DNA from: Eledone cirrhosa
Taxonomy: Eukaryota
Length of the DNA stretch: 64,000 nucleotides
Assembly: GCA_964016885.1 (NCBI GenBank)
Contig: OZ024741.1
Location: 402,318,001-402,382,000 of the forward strand
Reading direction: 5' to 3'
The notes below the pieces were generated by a model, which saw only the letters and a list, made by a program, of their open reading frames with translations, was not told the DNA's origin and made no database searches. Both the position numbers and the translations under genes were made by a program. This document shows, one piece after another, positions 48,900-63,500 of the stretch. Position 1 is the stretch's first letter. Every line of letters begins with the position of its first letter.

Positions 48900-51030
48900 G
48901 GATTTCATTTATTGGCCACAAGGGCCGACATGTAGGGGACAATACAAAGACAGGGACAGTGGGGGTTTACAATAAGGTTAAGTAAAGGTGCACAATGGCA
49001 AGACTAATTTAATAATGAAGATATATAAAATAAACTATGTATAAATATAACAAAATAAATAAATTCCCCTATTGGGGGTGGACGACCCAGAGGTGACTCA
49101 GGTACCCCACCAATCCTGAACCACCCTGCGCTTCTAGGGCACCCAGGGAGAGCATCTTTCTCCTCAAGTTAGCTAGCCTATAGGCGCATGGTCAGTGTAG
49201 GCCCATTCACACGGGCCATTCTCGCCACATTCATCCACTTTTTAGCAAATGTACTAGGGGGCAGCACTTCTCTCTCCACCCTCACCTTCCTTTCCAGGTG
49301 AAACTTGAAGAAGTTGATGAGGGATTGGCCGAAGAGAAAAGTGTCTGTCTGCAGTCCTTTTAATCTGGTCCACCATTTAACCTCTTTCGCAACTACCACC
49401 AGACAACTACCACTCTTCCTGACCTAAGGAAGGCCGTGGGTCGATCTTCACTACGGACTCTGCCAATAGCCGGACCCGTCTACATGCGACAGTAGCTGTT
49501 CGACATAACTCCACAAGTCAGTAATGCACGGACATTGGACAAGTGCGTGCAGAACGGTTTCGTCATTCTGTGCGCATCTTGGGCAGGTCCGTCTGACAGC
49601 ACTTCCGTGCCTGTAGAGTTTATCCCGAACCGGCAGTGCCCCCCCGGTAGCACTGCCAAGCGAGGGATTTCTGGAAATTGTCCATCGTCCCCGGCTCGAA
49701 AGTCCTCCGGTACAGACTGGTCAGTTCGACTTCGTCAAGGCCCAAAGCTTCTCCGAGTGCGTCATCGCACTTGCCCACCACTAATCCTCTATAGAACTCG
49801 AGAGTGGAAGTTCCACTGATTGCATTGCCCACTTGGTAGGGGGCAAGTGAGTGCCTGGCAACATTCCAGGTGCCAGTCACCAAGTCTCGGTCTCTTCTTG
49901 ACTCAGGACTGCAGCTCAGTCAAAGAAACGAGCTGCGGAAAGGCCCATCTGATAAACTGTGACCACACCTGTTCACCGTTTAGGCAGAATATCTGGAGAT
50001 GTTGCAGCCTCAGTGCATGTCTGCGCATCATTAGCCACGGCATGCCCAGCCCTCCGCATAGAGGGTGTTGGCAGCGATAGACCGCCTCACCAACGGAATT
50101 TGTCTTCTCCACAAGAATTTGAAGAGGAGCCGTTCCAACTTGACGAGGCGCGGATGGGGGAAAGTCACGACAGTCAGGTGGTAGTAGCTGACGGACGCGA
50201 TGTACGCATTCGCCACCTTCGCGCGACCTTTCAGCGATAGATTCCTTGCAGCCCATTTATGGATGAGACTGGTTACCCTGCTCATTACCTCGTTCCAATT
50301 CTTATCCACCTGGAGGTCTGGCCCGAACCAAGCCCCGAGCAACTTTATCAGTCCATCCGTCCAGCGCCGAACGACGCTGTTGGATGACATGGACTTGCCT
50401 CTCCAGGTTCCAAGCTGCAAGCCCACTGACTTTTCCGGGTTAAGTTTTGCTCCCGTCAACCTTTCATATTCCTCCAATAAGTTGCCAACCACCTCAATTT
50501 CTGAGGTGTCCGACACCCTCACAGTGATGTCTGCATAAGCCGACACAGCCCTTCCACGTCCCGGTTTGAGCGGGCGCCCTGCAACAGCTCCAGCTTCCGG
50601 AGTAAAGGCTCGAGAGTCAATACGTACAGAAGGGAAGAGAGAAGGCACCCTTGACGGACTGATCGGGAGAGCTGAAATGGTTCCGAGAGGTGGCCATTAA
50701 CCTTCACCACTGAGTATGTGTCGTTGTGCAATGCAGCGATTCAGCTTCTGAAGACAGGGCTGAAGCCAGCCTCTTTGAGGACAGCCTCCAGATACCAATT
50801 GTCGACCCTATCGAATGATTTCGATTGATCTAAATTGATCACTGCCCCACCGAAGCCAGGTTTACACCCTACCCTCTCTATGATGTATCGTGTATGGACT
50901 TGGATGGGATTGCACAAGTTTGCGCCTCCCCAACCAAATCCTCGACAACAAGCGCCAATCTCTTTGCTCACACCTTGGCCAAAATCTTAAACACGGTGTT
51001 GAGTAGAGTTATGGGCCTGAAGTTGTCTAA
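48900..51030 (-). mobile_element. 5'-truncated, frameshifted Tx1/L1-clade LINE
   Basis: NFRPITLLNTVFKILAK, LDQSKSFDRV, SVRQGCLLSSLLYVLTLEPLL, AYAD, KLLG, LSLKGRAKV, GGLGMP; (TAA)n at both ends. Confidence 0.85.
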
Positions 51031-51308
51031 TAATAATAATAATAATAATGTTTGATTTGTTTGCAAGCCTCATTGTGTTATGTTTTGTTCTTGATAACCA
51101 TCCTCTATGTTAGAGAGAAACATCAAATTCTAAAAATAAAGATGTTATATTATATTTAGAAAAGGGTTTATATTAATGATGGTGGAAAGAAACTAGGGTG
51201 AAGGATGTGAATGTCCTTCCTTGTATTCTTGAAATTTCTTCAGTAAAGCATAATGTGTAATTAAATGTGTTGTGTAATATAATTTAATACATTTTCATGG
51301 TGAAATGA

Positions 51309-51555
51309 CTGAAGCTTGCTTGGTAGGGTCATGTATCTTGCCACAACTCCTTGAATAAAACCCTTCTTTAGGGCAGAGTCTAGGGTGGGCAAAGGACAGA
51401 CAAACAAAGAATATCCTGGTCCGACAACATCAAAGACTGGACTGGTCAAAACACAGCGAACCTTCTACTCCTGATGGTGAATAGACTGGTGGTGACGGCT
51501 GACTGTGAAAGTGTCTAGAGTGGCACCCCAACGACTGGCTATACCAGTGGAACAT
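51309..51555 (+). mobile_element. Decayed RTE LINE ORF C-terminus running into the satellite
   Basis: LKLAW*GHVSCHNSLNKTLL*GRV*GGQRTDKQRISWSDNIKDWTG..NR (frameshift) WW*RLTVKVSRVAPQRLAIPVE. Confidence 0.8.
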
Positions 51556-54500
51556 CTAGAATGGCACCCCAACAACTGGCTGTACCAGTGGCACATCTAG
51601 AGTGGTACCCCAAATACTGGCTGTACCAGTAGCACATCTAGAGTAACACCCCAACAACTGGCTGTACCAGTGGCACATCTAGAGTGGTACCCCAACGACT
51701 GGCTGCACCAGTGGCACATCTAGAGTAACACCCCAAAGACTGGCTGTACCAGTAGCACATCTAGAGTAACACCCCAAAGACTGGCTGTACCAGTAGCACA
51801 TCTAGAGTAACACCCCAAAGACTGGCTGTACCAGTGGCACATCTAGAGTAACACCCCAACAACTGGCTGTACCAGTGGCACATCTAGAGTGGTACCACAA
51901 CGACTGGCTGCACCAGTGGCACATCTAGAGTAACACCCCAAAGACTGGCTGTACCAGTAGCACATCTAGAGTAACACCCCAAAGACTGGCTGTACCAGTA
52001 GCACATCTAGAGTAACACCCCAAAGACTGGTTGTACCAGTAGCACATCTAGAGTAACACCCCAAAGACTGGCTGTACCAGTAGCACATCTAGAGTAACAC
52101 CCCAAAGACTGGCTGTACCAGTGGCACATCTAGAGTAACACCCCAACAACTGGCTATACCAGTGGCACATCTAGAGTGGTACCCCAACGACTGGCTGCAC
52201 CAGTGGCACATCTAGAGTAACACCCCAAAGACTGGCTGTACCAGTGGCACATCTAGAGTAACACCCCAACAACTGGCTGTACCAGTGGCACATCTAGAGT
52301 GGTACCCCAACAACTGGCTATACCAGTGGCACATCTAGAGTGGTACCCCAACGACTGGCTGCACCAGTGGCACATCTAGAGTAACACCCCAAAGACTGGC
52401 TGTACCAGTGGCACATCTAGAGTAACACCCCAACAACTGGCTATACCAGTGGCACATCTAGAGTGGTACCCCAACGACTGGCTGCACCAGTGGCACATCT
52501 AGAGTAACACCCCAAAGACTGGCTGTACCAGTGGCACATCTAGAGTAACACCCCAAAGACTGGCTGTACCAGTGGCACATCTAGAGTAACACCCCAAAGA
52601 CTTGCTGTACCAGTGGCACATCTAGAGTAACACCCCAAAGACTGGCTGCACCAGTGGCACATCTAGAGTGACACCCCAACAACTGGCTGTACCAGTGGCA
52701 CATCTAGAGTAACACCCCAAAGACTTGCTGTACCAGTGGCACATCTAGAGTAACACCCCAACAACTGGCTGTACCAGTGGCACATCTAGAGTGGTACCCC
52801 AACAACTGGCTGTACCAGTGGCACATCTAGAGTGACACCCCAACAACTGGCTGTACCAGTGGCACATCTAGAGTGGTACCCCAACAACTGGCTGTACCAG
52901 CGGCACATCTAGAGTGGTACCCCAACAACTGGCTGTACCAGTGGCACATCTAGAGTGACACCCCAAAGACTGGCTGTACCAGTAGCACATCTAGAGTGAC
53001 ACCCCAACAACTGGCTGTACCAGTGGCACATCTAGAGTGACACCCCAACAACTGGCTGTACCAGTGGCACATCTAGAGTGACACCCCAACAACTGGCTGT
53101 ACCAGTGGCACATCTAGAGTGAAACCCCAACAACTGGCTGTACCAGTGGCACATCTAGAGTGGTACCCCAACAACTGGCTCAACCAGTGACACATCTAGA
53201 GTGGTACCCCAACAACTGGCTGTACCAATGGCACATCTAGAGTAACACCCCAACAACTGGCTGTACCAGTGGCACATCTAGAGTAACACCCCAACAACTG
53301 GCTGTACCAGTGGCACATCTAGAGTGACACCCAACAACTGGCTGTACCAGTGGCACATCTAGAGTAACACCCCAACAACTGGCTGTACCAGTGGCACATC
53401 GAGAGTAACACCCCAACAACTGACTGTACCAGTGGCACATCTAGAGTAACACCCCAACAACTGGCTGTACCAGTGGCACATCTAGAGTGACACCCAACAA
53501 CTGGCTATACCAGTGGCACATCTAGAGTAACACCCCAACGACTGGCTGTACCAGTGGCACATCTAGAGTGACACCCAACAACTTGCTGTACCAGTGGCAC
53601 ATCTAGAGTAACACCCCAACAACTGGCTGTACCAGCGGCACATCTAGAGTGGTACCCAACAACTGGCTGTACCAGCGGCACATCTAGAGTGGTACCCAAC
53701 AACTGGCTGTACCAGTGGCACATCTAGAGTGACACCCCAACGACTGGCTGTACCAGTGGCACATCTAGAGTGACACCCAACAACTGGCTGTACCAGTGGC
53801 ACATCTAGAGTGACACCCCAAAGACTGGCTGTACCAGTGGAACATCTAGAGTGACACCCCAACAACTGACTGTACCAGTGGCACATCTAGAGTGGTACCC
53901 CAACAAGTGGGTGTACCAGTGGCACATCTAGAGTGACACCCCAACAACTGGCTGTACCAGTGGCACATCTAGAGTGGTACCCCAACGACTGGCTGTACCA
54001 GTGGCACATCTAGAGTGACACCCCAACAACTGGCTGTACCAGTGGCACATCTAGAGTAACACCCCAACAACTGGCTGTACCAGTGGCACATCTAGAGTAA
54101 CACCCCAACAACTGGCTGTACCAGTGGCACATCTAGAGTGGTACCCCAACAACTGGCTGTACCAATGGCACATCTAGAGTAACACCCCAACAACTGGCTG
54201 TACCAGTGGCACATCTAGAGTAACACCCCAACAACTGGCTGCACCAGTGGCAAATCTAGAGTGACACCCCAAAGACTGGCTGTACCAGTGGCACATCTAG
54301 AGTAACACCCCAGCAACTGGCTATACCAGTGGCACATCTAGAGTGACACCCAAAAGACTGGCTGTACCAGTGGCACATCTAGAGTGACACCCCAACAACT
54401 GGCTGTACCAGTGGTGAATCTAGAGTGACACCCCAACAACTGGCTATACCAGTGGCACATCTAGAGTGACACCCCAACAACTGGCTATACCAGTGGCACA

Positions 54501-57500
54501 TCTAGAGTGACACCCCAAAGACTGGCTGTACCAGTGGCACATCTAGAGTGACACCCCAACAACTGGCTGTACCAGTGGTAAATCTAGAGTGACACCCCAA
54601 CAACTGGCTATACCAGTGGCACATCTAGAGTGACACCCCAACAACTGGCTATACCAGTGGCACATCTAGAGTAACACCCCAAAGACTGGCTGTACCAGTG
54701 GCACATCTAGAGTAACACCCCAACAACTGGCTATACCAGTGGCACATCTAGAGTGACACCCCAAAGACTGGCTGTACCAGTGGCACATCTAGAGTGACAC
54801 CCCAACAACTGGCTATACCAGTGGTACATCTAGAGTGAAACCCCAAAGACTGGCTGTACCAGTGGCACATCTAGAGTAACACCCCAACAACTGGCTGTAC
54901 CAGTGGCACATCTAGAGTGACACCCAACAACTGGCTGTACCAGTGGCACATCTAGATTAACACCCCAAAGACTGGCTGTACCAGTAGCACATCTAGAGTG
55001 ACACCCCAACAACTGGCTGTACCAGTAGCACATCTAGAGTAACACCCCAAAGACTGGCTGTACCAGTAGCACATCTAGAGTAACACCCCAAAGACTGGCT
55101 GTACCAGTAGCACATCTAGAGTGACACCCCAACAACTGGCTGTACCAGTAGCACATCTAGAGTAACACCCCAAAGACTGGCTGTACCAGTAGCACATCTA
55201 GAGTGACACCCCAACAACTGGCTGTACCAGTAGCACATCTAGAGTAACACCCCAAAGACTGGCTGTACCAGTGGCACATCTAGAGTAACACCCCAAAGAC
55301 TGGCTGTACCAGTAGCACATCTAGAGTAACACCCCAAAGACTGGCTGTACCAGTAGCACATCTAGAGTAACACCCCAAAGACTGGCTGTACCAGTAGCAC
55401 ATCTAGAGTAACACCCCAAAGACTGGCTGTACCAGTGGCACATCTAGAGTGACACCCCAAAGACTGGCTGTACAAGTGGCACATCTAGAGTAACACCCCA
55501 ACGACTGGCTGTACCAGTGTCACATCTAGAGTGACACCCCAAAGACTGGCTGTACCAGTGGCACATCTAGAGTAACACCCCAACAACTGGCTGTACCAGT
55601 GGCACATCTAGAGTGGTACCCCAACGACTGGCTGCACCAGTGGCACATCTAGAGTGGTACCCCAACAACTGGCTCAACCAGTGACACATCTAGAGTGGTA
55701 CCCCAACAACTGGCTGTACCAATGGCACATCTAGAGTAACACCCCAACAACTGGCTGTACCAGTGGCACATCTAGAGTAACACCCCAACAACTGGCTGTA
55801 CCAGTGGCACATCTAGAGTGACACCCAACAACTGGCTGTACCAGTGGCACATCTAGAGTAACACCCCAACAACTGGCTGTACCAGTGGCACATCTAGAGT
55901 AACACCCCAACGACTGGCTGTACCAGTGTCACATCTAGAGTGACACCCCAAAGACTGGCTGTACCAGTGGCACATCTAGAGTAACACCCCAACGACTGGC
56001 TGTACCAGTGGCACATCTAGAGTGACACCCCAACAACTGGCTGTACCAGTGGCACATCTAGAGTGACACTCCAACAACTGGCTGTACCAGTGGCACATCT
56101 AGAGTTGCACCCCAACAACTGGCTGTACCAGTGGCACATCTAGAGTGACACTCCAACAACTGGCTGTACCAGTGGCACATCTAGAGTGACACCCCAACAA
56201 CTGTACCAGTGGCACATCTAGAGTGACACCCCAACAACTGGCTGTACCAGTGGCACATCTAGAGTGACACTCCAACAACTGGCTGTACCAGTGGCACATC
56301 TAGAGTGACACCCCAACAACTGTACCAGTGGCACATCTAGAGTGACACCCCAACAACTGTACCAGTGGCACATCTAGAGTGGTACCCCAACAACTGGCTG
56401 TACCAGTGGCACATCTAGAGTGACACCCCAATAACTGGCTGTACCAGTGGCACATCTAGAGTGACACCCAACGACTGCACCAGTGGCACATCTAGAGTGA
56501 CACCCAACAACTGGCTGTACCAGTGGCACATCTAGAGTGACACTCCAACAACTGGCTGTACCAGTGGCACATCTAGAGTTGCACCCCAATAACTGGCTGT
56601 ACCAGTGGCACATCTAGAGTGACACCCCAACAACTGTACTAGTGGCACATCTAGAGTGACACCCCACGACTGGCTGTACCAGTGGCACATCTAGAGTGAC
56701 ACCCCAATAACTGGCTGTACCAGTGGCACATCTAGAGTAACACCCCAAAGACTGGCTGCACCAGTGGCAAATCTAGAGTGACACCCCAACAACTGGCTGT
56801 ACCAGTGGCACATCTAGAGTGACACCCAACAACTTGCTGTACCAGTGGCACATCTAGAGTGACACCCCAACAACTGGCTGTACCAGTGGCACATCTAGAG
56901 TGGTACCCCAAAGACTGGCTGTACCAGTAGCACATCTAGAGTAACACCCCAAAGACTGGCTGTACCAGTAGCACATCTAGAGTAACACCCCAAAGACTGG
57001 CTGTACCAGTGGCACATCTAGAGTGACACCCAACAACTGGCTGTACCAGTAGCACATCTAGAGTAACACCCCAAAGACTGGCTGTACCAGTGGCACATCT
57101 AGATTAACACCCCAAAGACTGGCTGTACCAGTGGCACATCTAGAGTAACACCCCAAAGACTGGCTGTATCAGTGGCACATCTAGAGTAACACCCCAAAGA
57201 CTGGCTGTACCAGTGGCACATCTAGAGTAACACCCCAAAGACTGGCTGCACCAGTGGAAAATCTAGAGTGACACCCCAACAACTGGCTGTACCAGTGGCA
57301 CATCTAGAGTGGTACCCCAACAACTGGCTGTACCAGTGGCACATCTAGAGTGGTACCCTAACAACTGGCTGTACCAGTGGCACATCTAGAGTGGTACCCC
57401 AACAACTGGCTGTACCAATGGCACATCTAGAGTGACACCCCAACAACTGGCTGTACCAGTGGCACATCTAGAGTGGTACCCCAACAACTGGCTGTACCAG

Positions 57501-60500
57501 TGGCACATCTAGAGTGGTACCCCAACAACTGGCTGTACCAGTGGCACATCTAGAGTAACACCCCAACAACTGGCTGTACCAGTGGCACATCTAGAGTGGT
57601 ACCCCAACAAGTGGGTGTACCAGTGGCACATCTAGAGTGACACCCCAACAACTGGCTGTACCAGTGGCACATCTAGAGTGGTACCCCAACGACTGGCTGT
57701 ACCAGTGGCACATCTAGAGTGACACCCCAACAACTGGCTGTACCAGTGGCACATCTAGAGTAACACCCCAACAACTGGCTGTACCAGTGGCACATCTAGA
57801 GTGGTACCCCACAACTGGCTGTACCAATGGCACATCTAGAGTAACACCCCAACAACTGGCTGTACCAGTGGCACATCTAGAGTGGTACCACAACGACTGG
57901 CTGTACCAGTGGCACATCTAGAGTGGTACCCCAACGACTGGTTGTACCAGTGGCACATCTAGAGTGACACCCCAACAACTGGCTGTACCAGTGGCACATC
58001 TAGAGTGGTACCCCAACGACTGGCTGTACCAGTGGCACATCTAGAGTGGTACCCCAACAACTGGCTGTACCAATGGCACATCTAGAGTAACACCCCAACA
58101 ACTGGCTGTACCAGTGGCACATCTAGAGTGGTACCCCAACAACTGGCTGTACCAGTGGCACATCTAGAGTGACACCCCAAAGACTGGCTGTACCAGTAGC
58201 ACATCTAGAGTAACACCCCAACAACTGGCTGTACCAGTGGCACATCTAGAGTGACACCCCAACAACTGGCTGTACCAGTGGCACATCTAGAGTAACACCC
58301 CAACAACTGGCTGTACCAGTGGCACATCTAGAGTGACACCCAACAACTGGCTGTACCAGTGGCACATCTAGAGTAACACCCCAACAACTGACTGTACCAG
58401 TGGCACATCTAGAGTAACACCCCAACAACTGGCTGTACCAGTGGCACATCTAGAGTGACACCCAACAACTGGCTGTACCAGTGGCATATCTAGAGTGACA
58501 CCCAACAACTTGCTGTACCAGTGGCACATCTAGAGTGACACCCAACAACTGGCTGTACCAGTGGCACATCTAGAGTGACACCCAACAACTGGCTGTACCA
58601 GTGGCACATCTAGAGTGACACCCAACAACTTGCTGTACCAGTGGCACATCTAGAGTAACACCCCAACAACTGGCTGTACCAGTGGCACTTCTAGAGTGGT
58701 ACCCAACAACTGGCTGTACCAGTGGCACATCTAGAGTGACACCCCAACGACTGGCTGTACCAGTGGCACATCTAGAGTGACACCCAACAACTGGCTGTAC
58801 CAGTGGCACATCTAGAGGAACACCCCAAAGACTGGCTGTACCAGTGGAACATCTAGAGTGACACCCCAACAACTGACTGTACCAGTGGCACATCTAGAGT
58901 GGTACCCCAACAAGTGGGTGTACCAGTGGCACATCTAGAGTGACACCCCAACAACTGGCTGTACCAGTGGCACATCTAGAGTGGTACCCCAACGACTGGC
59001 TGTACCAGTGGCACATCTAGAGTGACACTCCAACAACTGGCTGTACCAGTGGCACATCTAGAGTTGCACCCCAATAACTGGCTGTACCAGTGGCACATCT
59101 AGAGTGACACCCCAACAACTGGCTGTACCAGTGGCACATCTAGAGTAACACCCCAACAACTGGCTGTACCAGTGGCACATCTAGAGTGGTACCCCAACAA
59201 CTGGCTGTACCAATGGCACATCTAGAGTAACACCCCAACAACTGGCTGTACCAGTGGCACATCTAGAGTAACACCCCAACAACTGGCTGTACCAGTGGCA
59301 CATCTAGAGTGACACCCAACAACTGGCTGTACCAATGGCACATCTAGAGTAACACCCCAACAACTGACTGTACCAGTGGCACATCTAGAGTAACACCCCA
59401 ACAACTGGCTGTACCAGTGGCACATCTAGAGTGACACCCAACAACTGGCTGTACCAGTGGCACATCTAGAGTGACACCCAACAACTTGCTGTACCAGTGG
59501 CACATCTAGAGTGACACCTAACAACTGGCTGTACCAGTGGCACATCTAGAGTGACACCCAACAACTGGCTGTACCAGTGGCACATCTAGAGTGACACCCA
59601 ACAACTTGCTGTACCAGTGGCACATCTAGAGTAACACCCCAACAACTGGCTGTACCAGTGGCACATCTAGAGTGGTACCCAACAACTGGCTGTACCAGTG
59701 GCACATCTAGAGTGACACCCCAACGACTGGCTGTACCAGTGGCACATCTAGAGTGACACCCAACAACTGGCTGTACCAGTGGCACATCTAGAGGAACACC
59801 CCAAAGACTGGCTGTACCAGTGGAACATCTAGAGTGACACCCCAACAACTGACTGTACCAGTGGCACATCTAGAGTGGTACCCCAACAAGTGGGTGTACC
59901 AGTGGCACATCTAGAGTGACACCCCAACAACTGGCTGTACCAGTGGCACATCTAGAGTGGTACCCCAACGACTGGCTGTACCAGTGGCACATCTAGAGTG
60001 ACACTCCAACAACTGGCTGTACCAGTGGCACATCTAGAGTTGCACCCCAATAACTGGCTGTACCAGTGGCACATCTAGAGTGACACTCCAACAACTGGCT
60101 GTACCAGTGGCACATCTAGAGTTGCACCCCAATAACTGGCTGTACCAGTGGCACATCTAGAGTGACACCCCAACAACTGGCTGTACCAGTGGCACATCTA
60201 GAGTTGCACCCCAACAACTGGCTGTACCAGTGGCACATCTAGAGTGACACCCCAACAACTGGCTGTACCAGTGGCACATCTAGAGTGACACCCCAACAAC
60301 TGGCTGTACCAGTGGCACATCTAGAGTGACACTCCAACAACTGGCTGTACCAGTGGCACATCTAGAGTTGCACCCCAATAACTGGCTGTATCAGTGGCAC
60401 ATCTAGAGTGACACCCCAACAACTGGCTGTACCAGTGGCACATCTAGAGTGACACCCCAACAACTGGCTGTACCAGTGGCACATCTAGAGTAACACCCCA

Positions 60501-63500
60501 ACAACTGGCTGTACCAGTGGCACATCTAGAGTGACACCCCAAAGACTGACTGTACCAGTGGCACATCTAGAGTTACACCCCAACGACTGGCTGTACCAGT
60601 GGCACATCTAGAGTTGCACCCCAATAACTGGCTGTACCAGTGGCACATCTAGAGTGACACTCCAACAAGTGGCTGTACCAGTGGCACATCTAGAGTGACA
60701 CCCAACGACTGCACCAGTTGTACATCTAGAGTGACACCCCAAAGACTGGCTGTACCAGTGGCACATCTAGAGTTACACCCCAACGACTGGCTGTACCAGT
60801 GGCACATCTAGAGTGACACCCCAACAACTGGCTGTACCAGTGGCACATCTAGAGTGACACCCAACAACTGGCTGTACCAGTGGCACATCTAGAGTTACAC
60901 CCCAACGACTGGCTGTACCAGTGGCACATCTAGAGTGACACCCCAACAACTGGCTGTACCAGTGGCACATCTAGAGTGACACTCCAACAACTGGCTGTAC
61001 CAGTGGCACATCTAGAGTGACACCCCAACAACTGTACCAGTGGCACATCTAGAGTGACACCCCAACAACTGGCTGTACCAGTGGCACATCTAGAGTGACA
61101 CTCCAACAACTGGCTGTACCAGTGGCACATCTAGAGTGACACCCCAACAACTGTACCAGTGGCACATCTAGAGTGACACCCCAACAACTGTACCAGTGGC
61201 ACATCTAGAGTGGTACCCCAACAACTGGCTGTACCAGTGGCACATCTAGAGTGACACCCCAATAACTGGCTGTACCAGTGGCACATCTAGAGTGACACCC
61301 AACGACTGCACCAGTGGCACATCTAGAGTGACACCCAACAACTGGCTGTACCAGTGGCACATCTAGAGTGACACTCCAACAACTGGCTGTACCAGTGGCA
61401 CATCTAGAGTGACACCCCAACAACTGTACTAGTGGCACATCTAGAGTGACACCCCACGACTGGCTGTACCAGTGGCACATCTAGAGTGACACCCCAATAA
61501 CTGGCTGTACCAGTGGCACATCTAGAGTAACACCCCAAAGACTGGCTGCACCAGTGGCACATCTAGAGTTGCACCCCAATAACTGGCTGTACCAGTGGCA
61601 CATCTAGAGTGACACCCCAATAACTGGCTGTACCAGTGGCACATCTAGAGTAACACCCCAAAGACTGGCTGCACCAGTGGCACATCTAGAGTGACACCCC
61701 AACAACTGGCTGTACCAGTGGCACATCTAGAGTGACACCCAACAACTTGCTGTACCAGTGGCACATCTAGAGTGACACCCCAACAACTGGCTGTACCAGT
61801 GGCACATCTAGAGTGGTACCCCAAAGACTGGCTGTACCAGTAGCACATCTAGAGTAACACCCCAAAGACTGGCTGTACCAGTAGCACATCTAGAGTAACA
61901 CCCCAAAGACTGGCTGTACCAGTGGCACATCTAGAGTGACACCCAACAACTGGCTGTACCAGTAGCACATCTAGAGTAACACCCCAAAGACTGGCTGTAC
62001 CAGTGGCACATCTAGATTAACACCCCAAAGACTGGCTGTACCAGTGGCACATCTAGAGTAACACCCCAAAGACTGGCTGTATCAGTGGCACATCTAGAGT
62101 AACACCCCAAAGACTGGCTGTACCAGTGGCACATCTAGAGTAACACCCCAAAGACTGGCTGCACCAGTGGAAAATCTAGAGTGACACCCCAACAACTGCC
62201 TGTACCAGTGGCACATCTAGAGTGACACCCCAACAACTGGCTGTACCAGTGGCACATCTAGAGTGGTACCCCAACAACTGGCTGTACCAGTGGCACATCT
62301 AGAGTGACACCCCAACAACTGGCTGTACCAGTGGCACATCTAGAGTGGTACCCCAACAACTGGCTGTACCAGCGGCACATCTAGAGTGACACCCCAAAGA
62401 CTGGCTGCACCAGTGGCAAATCTAGAGTGACACCCCAACAACTGGCTGTACCAGTGGCACATCTAGAGTGACACCCCAACAACTGGCTGTACCTGTGGCA
62501 CATCTAGAGTGACACCCCAACAACTGGCTGTACCAGTGGCACATCTAGAGTGACACCCCAACAACTGGCTGTACCAGTGGCACATCTAGAGTGGTACCCC
62601 AACAACTGGCTGTACCAGTGGCACATCTAGAGTGGTACCCCAACAACTGGCTGTACCAATGGCACATCTAGAGTGACACCCCAACAACTGGCTGTACCAG
62701 TGGCACATCTAGAGTGGTACCCCAACAACTGGCTGTACCAGTGGCACATCTAGAGTGGTACCCTAACAACTGGCTGTACCAGTGGCACATCTAGAGTGGT
62801 ACCCCAACAACTGGCTGTACCAATGGCACATCTAGAGTGACACCCCAACAACTGGCTGTACCAGTGGCACATCTAGAGTGGTACCCCAACAACTGGCTGT
62901 ACCAGTGGCACATCTAGAGTGGTACCCCAACAACTGGCTGTACCAGTGGCACATCTAGAGTAACACCCCAACAACTGGCTGTACCAGTGGCACATCTAGA
63001 GTGGTACCCCAACAAGTGGGTGTACCAGTGGCACATCTAGAGTGACACCCCAACAACTGGCTGTACCAGTGGCACATCTAGAGTGGTACCCCAACGACTG
63101 GCTGTACCAGTGGCACATCTAGAGTGACACCCCAACAACTGGCTGTACCAGTGGCACATCTAGAGTAACACCCCAACAACTGGCTGTACCAGTGGTACAT
63201 CTAGAGTGGTACCCCACAACTGGCTGTACCAATGGCACATCTAGAGTAACACCCCAACAACTGGCTGTACCAGTGGCACATCTAGAGTGGTACCCCAACG
63301 ACTGGCTGTACCAGTGGCACATCTAGAGTGGTACCCCAACGACTGGCTGTACCAGTGGCACATCTAGAGTGACACCCCAACAACTGGCTGTACCAGTGGC
63401 ACATCTAGAGTGGTACCCCAACGACTGGCTGTACCAGTGGCACATCTAGAGTGGTACCCCAACAACTGGCTGTACCAATGGCACATCTAGAGTAACACCC

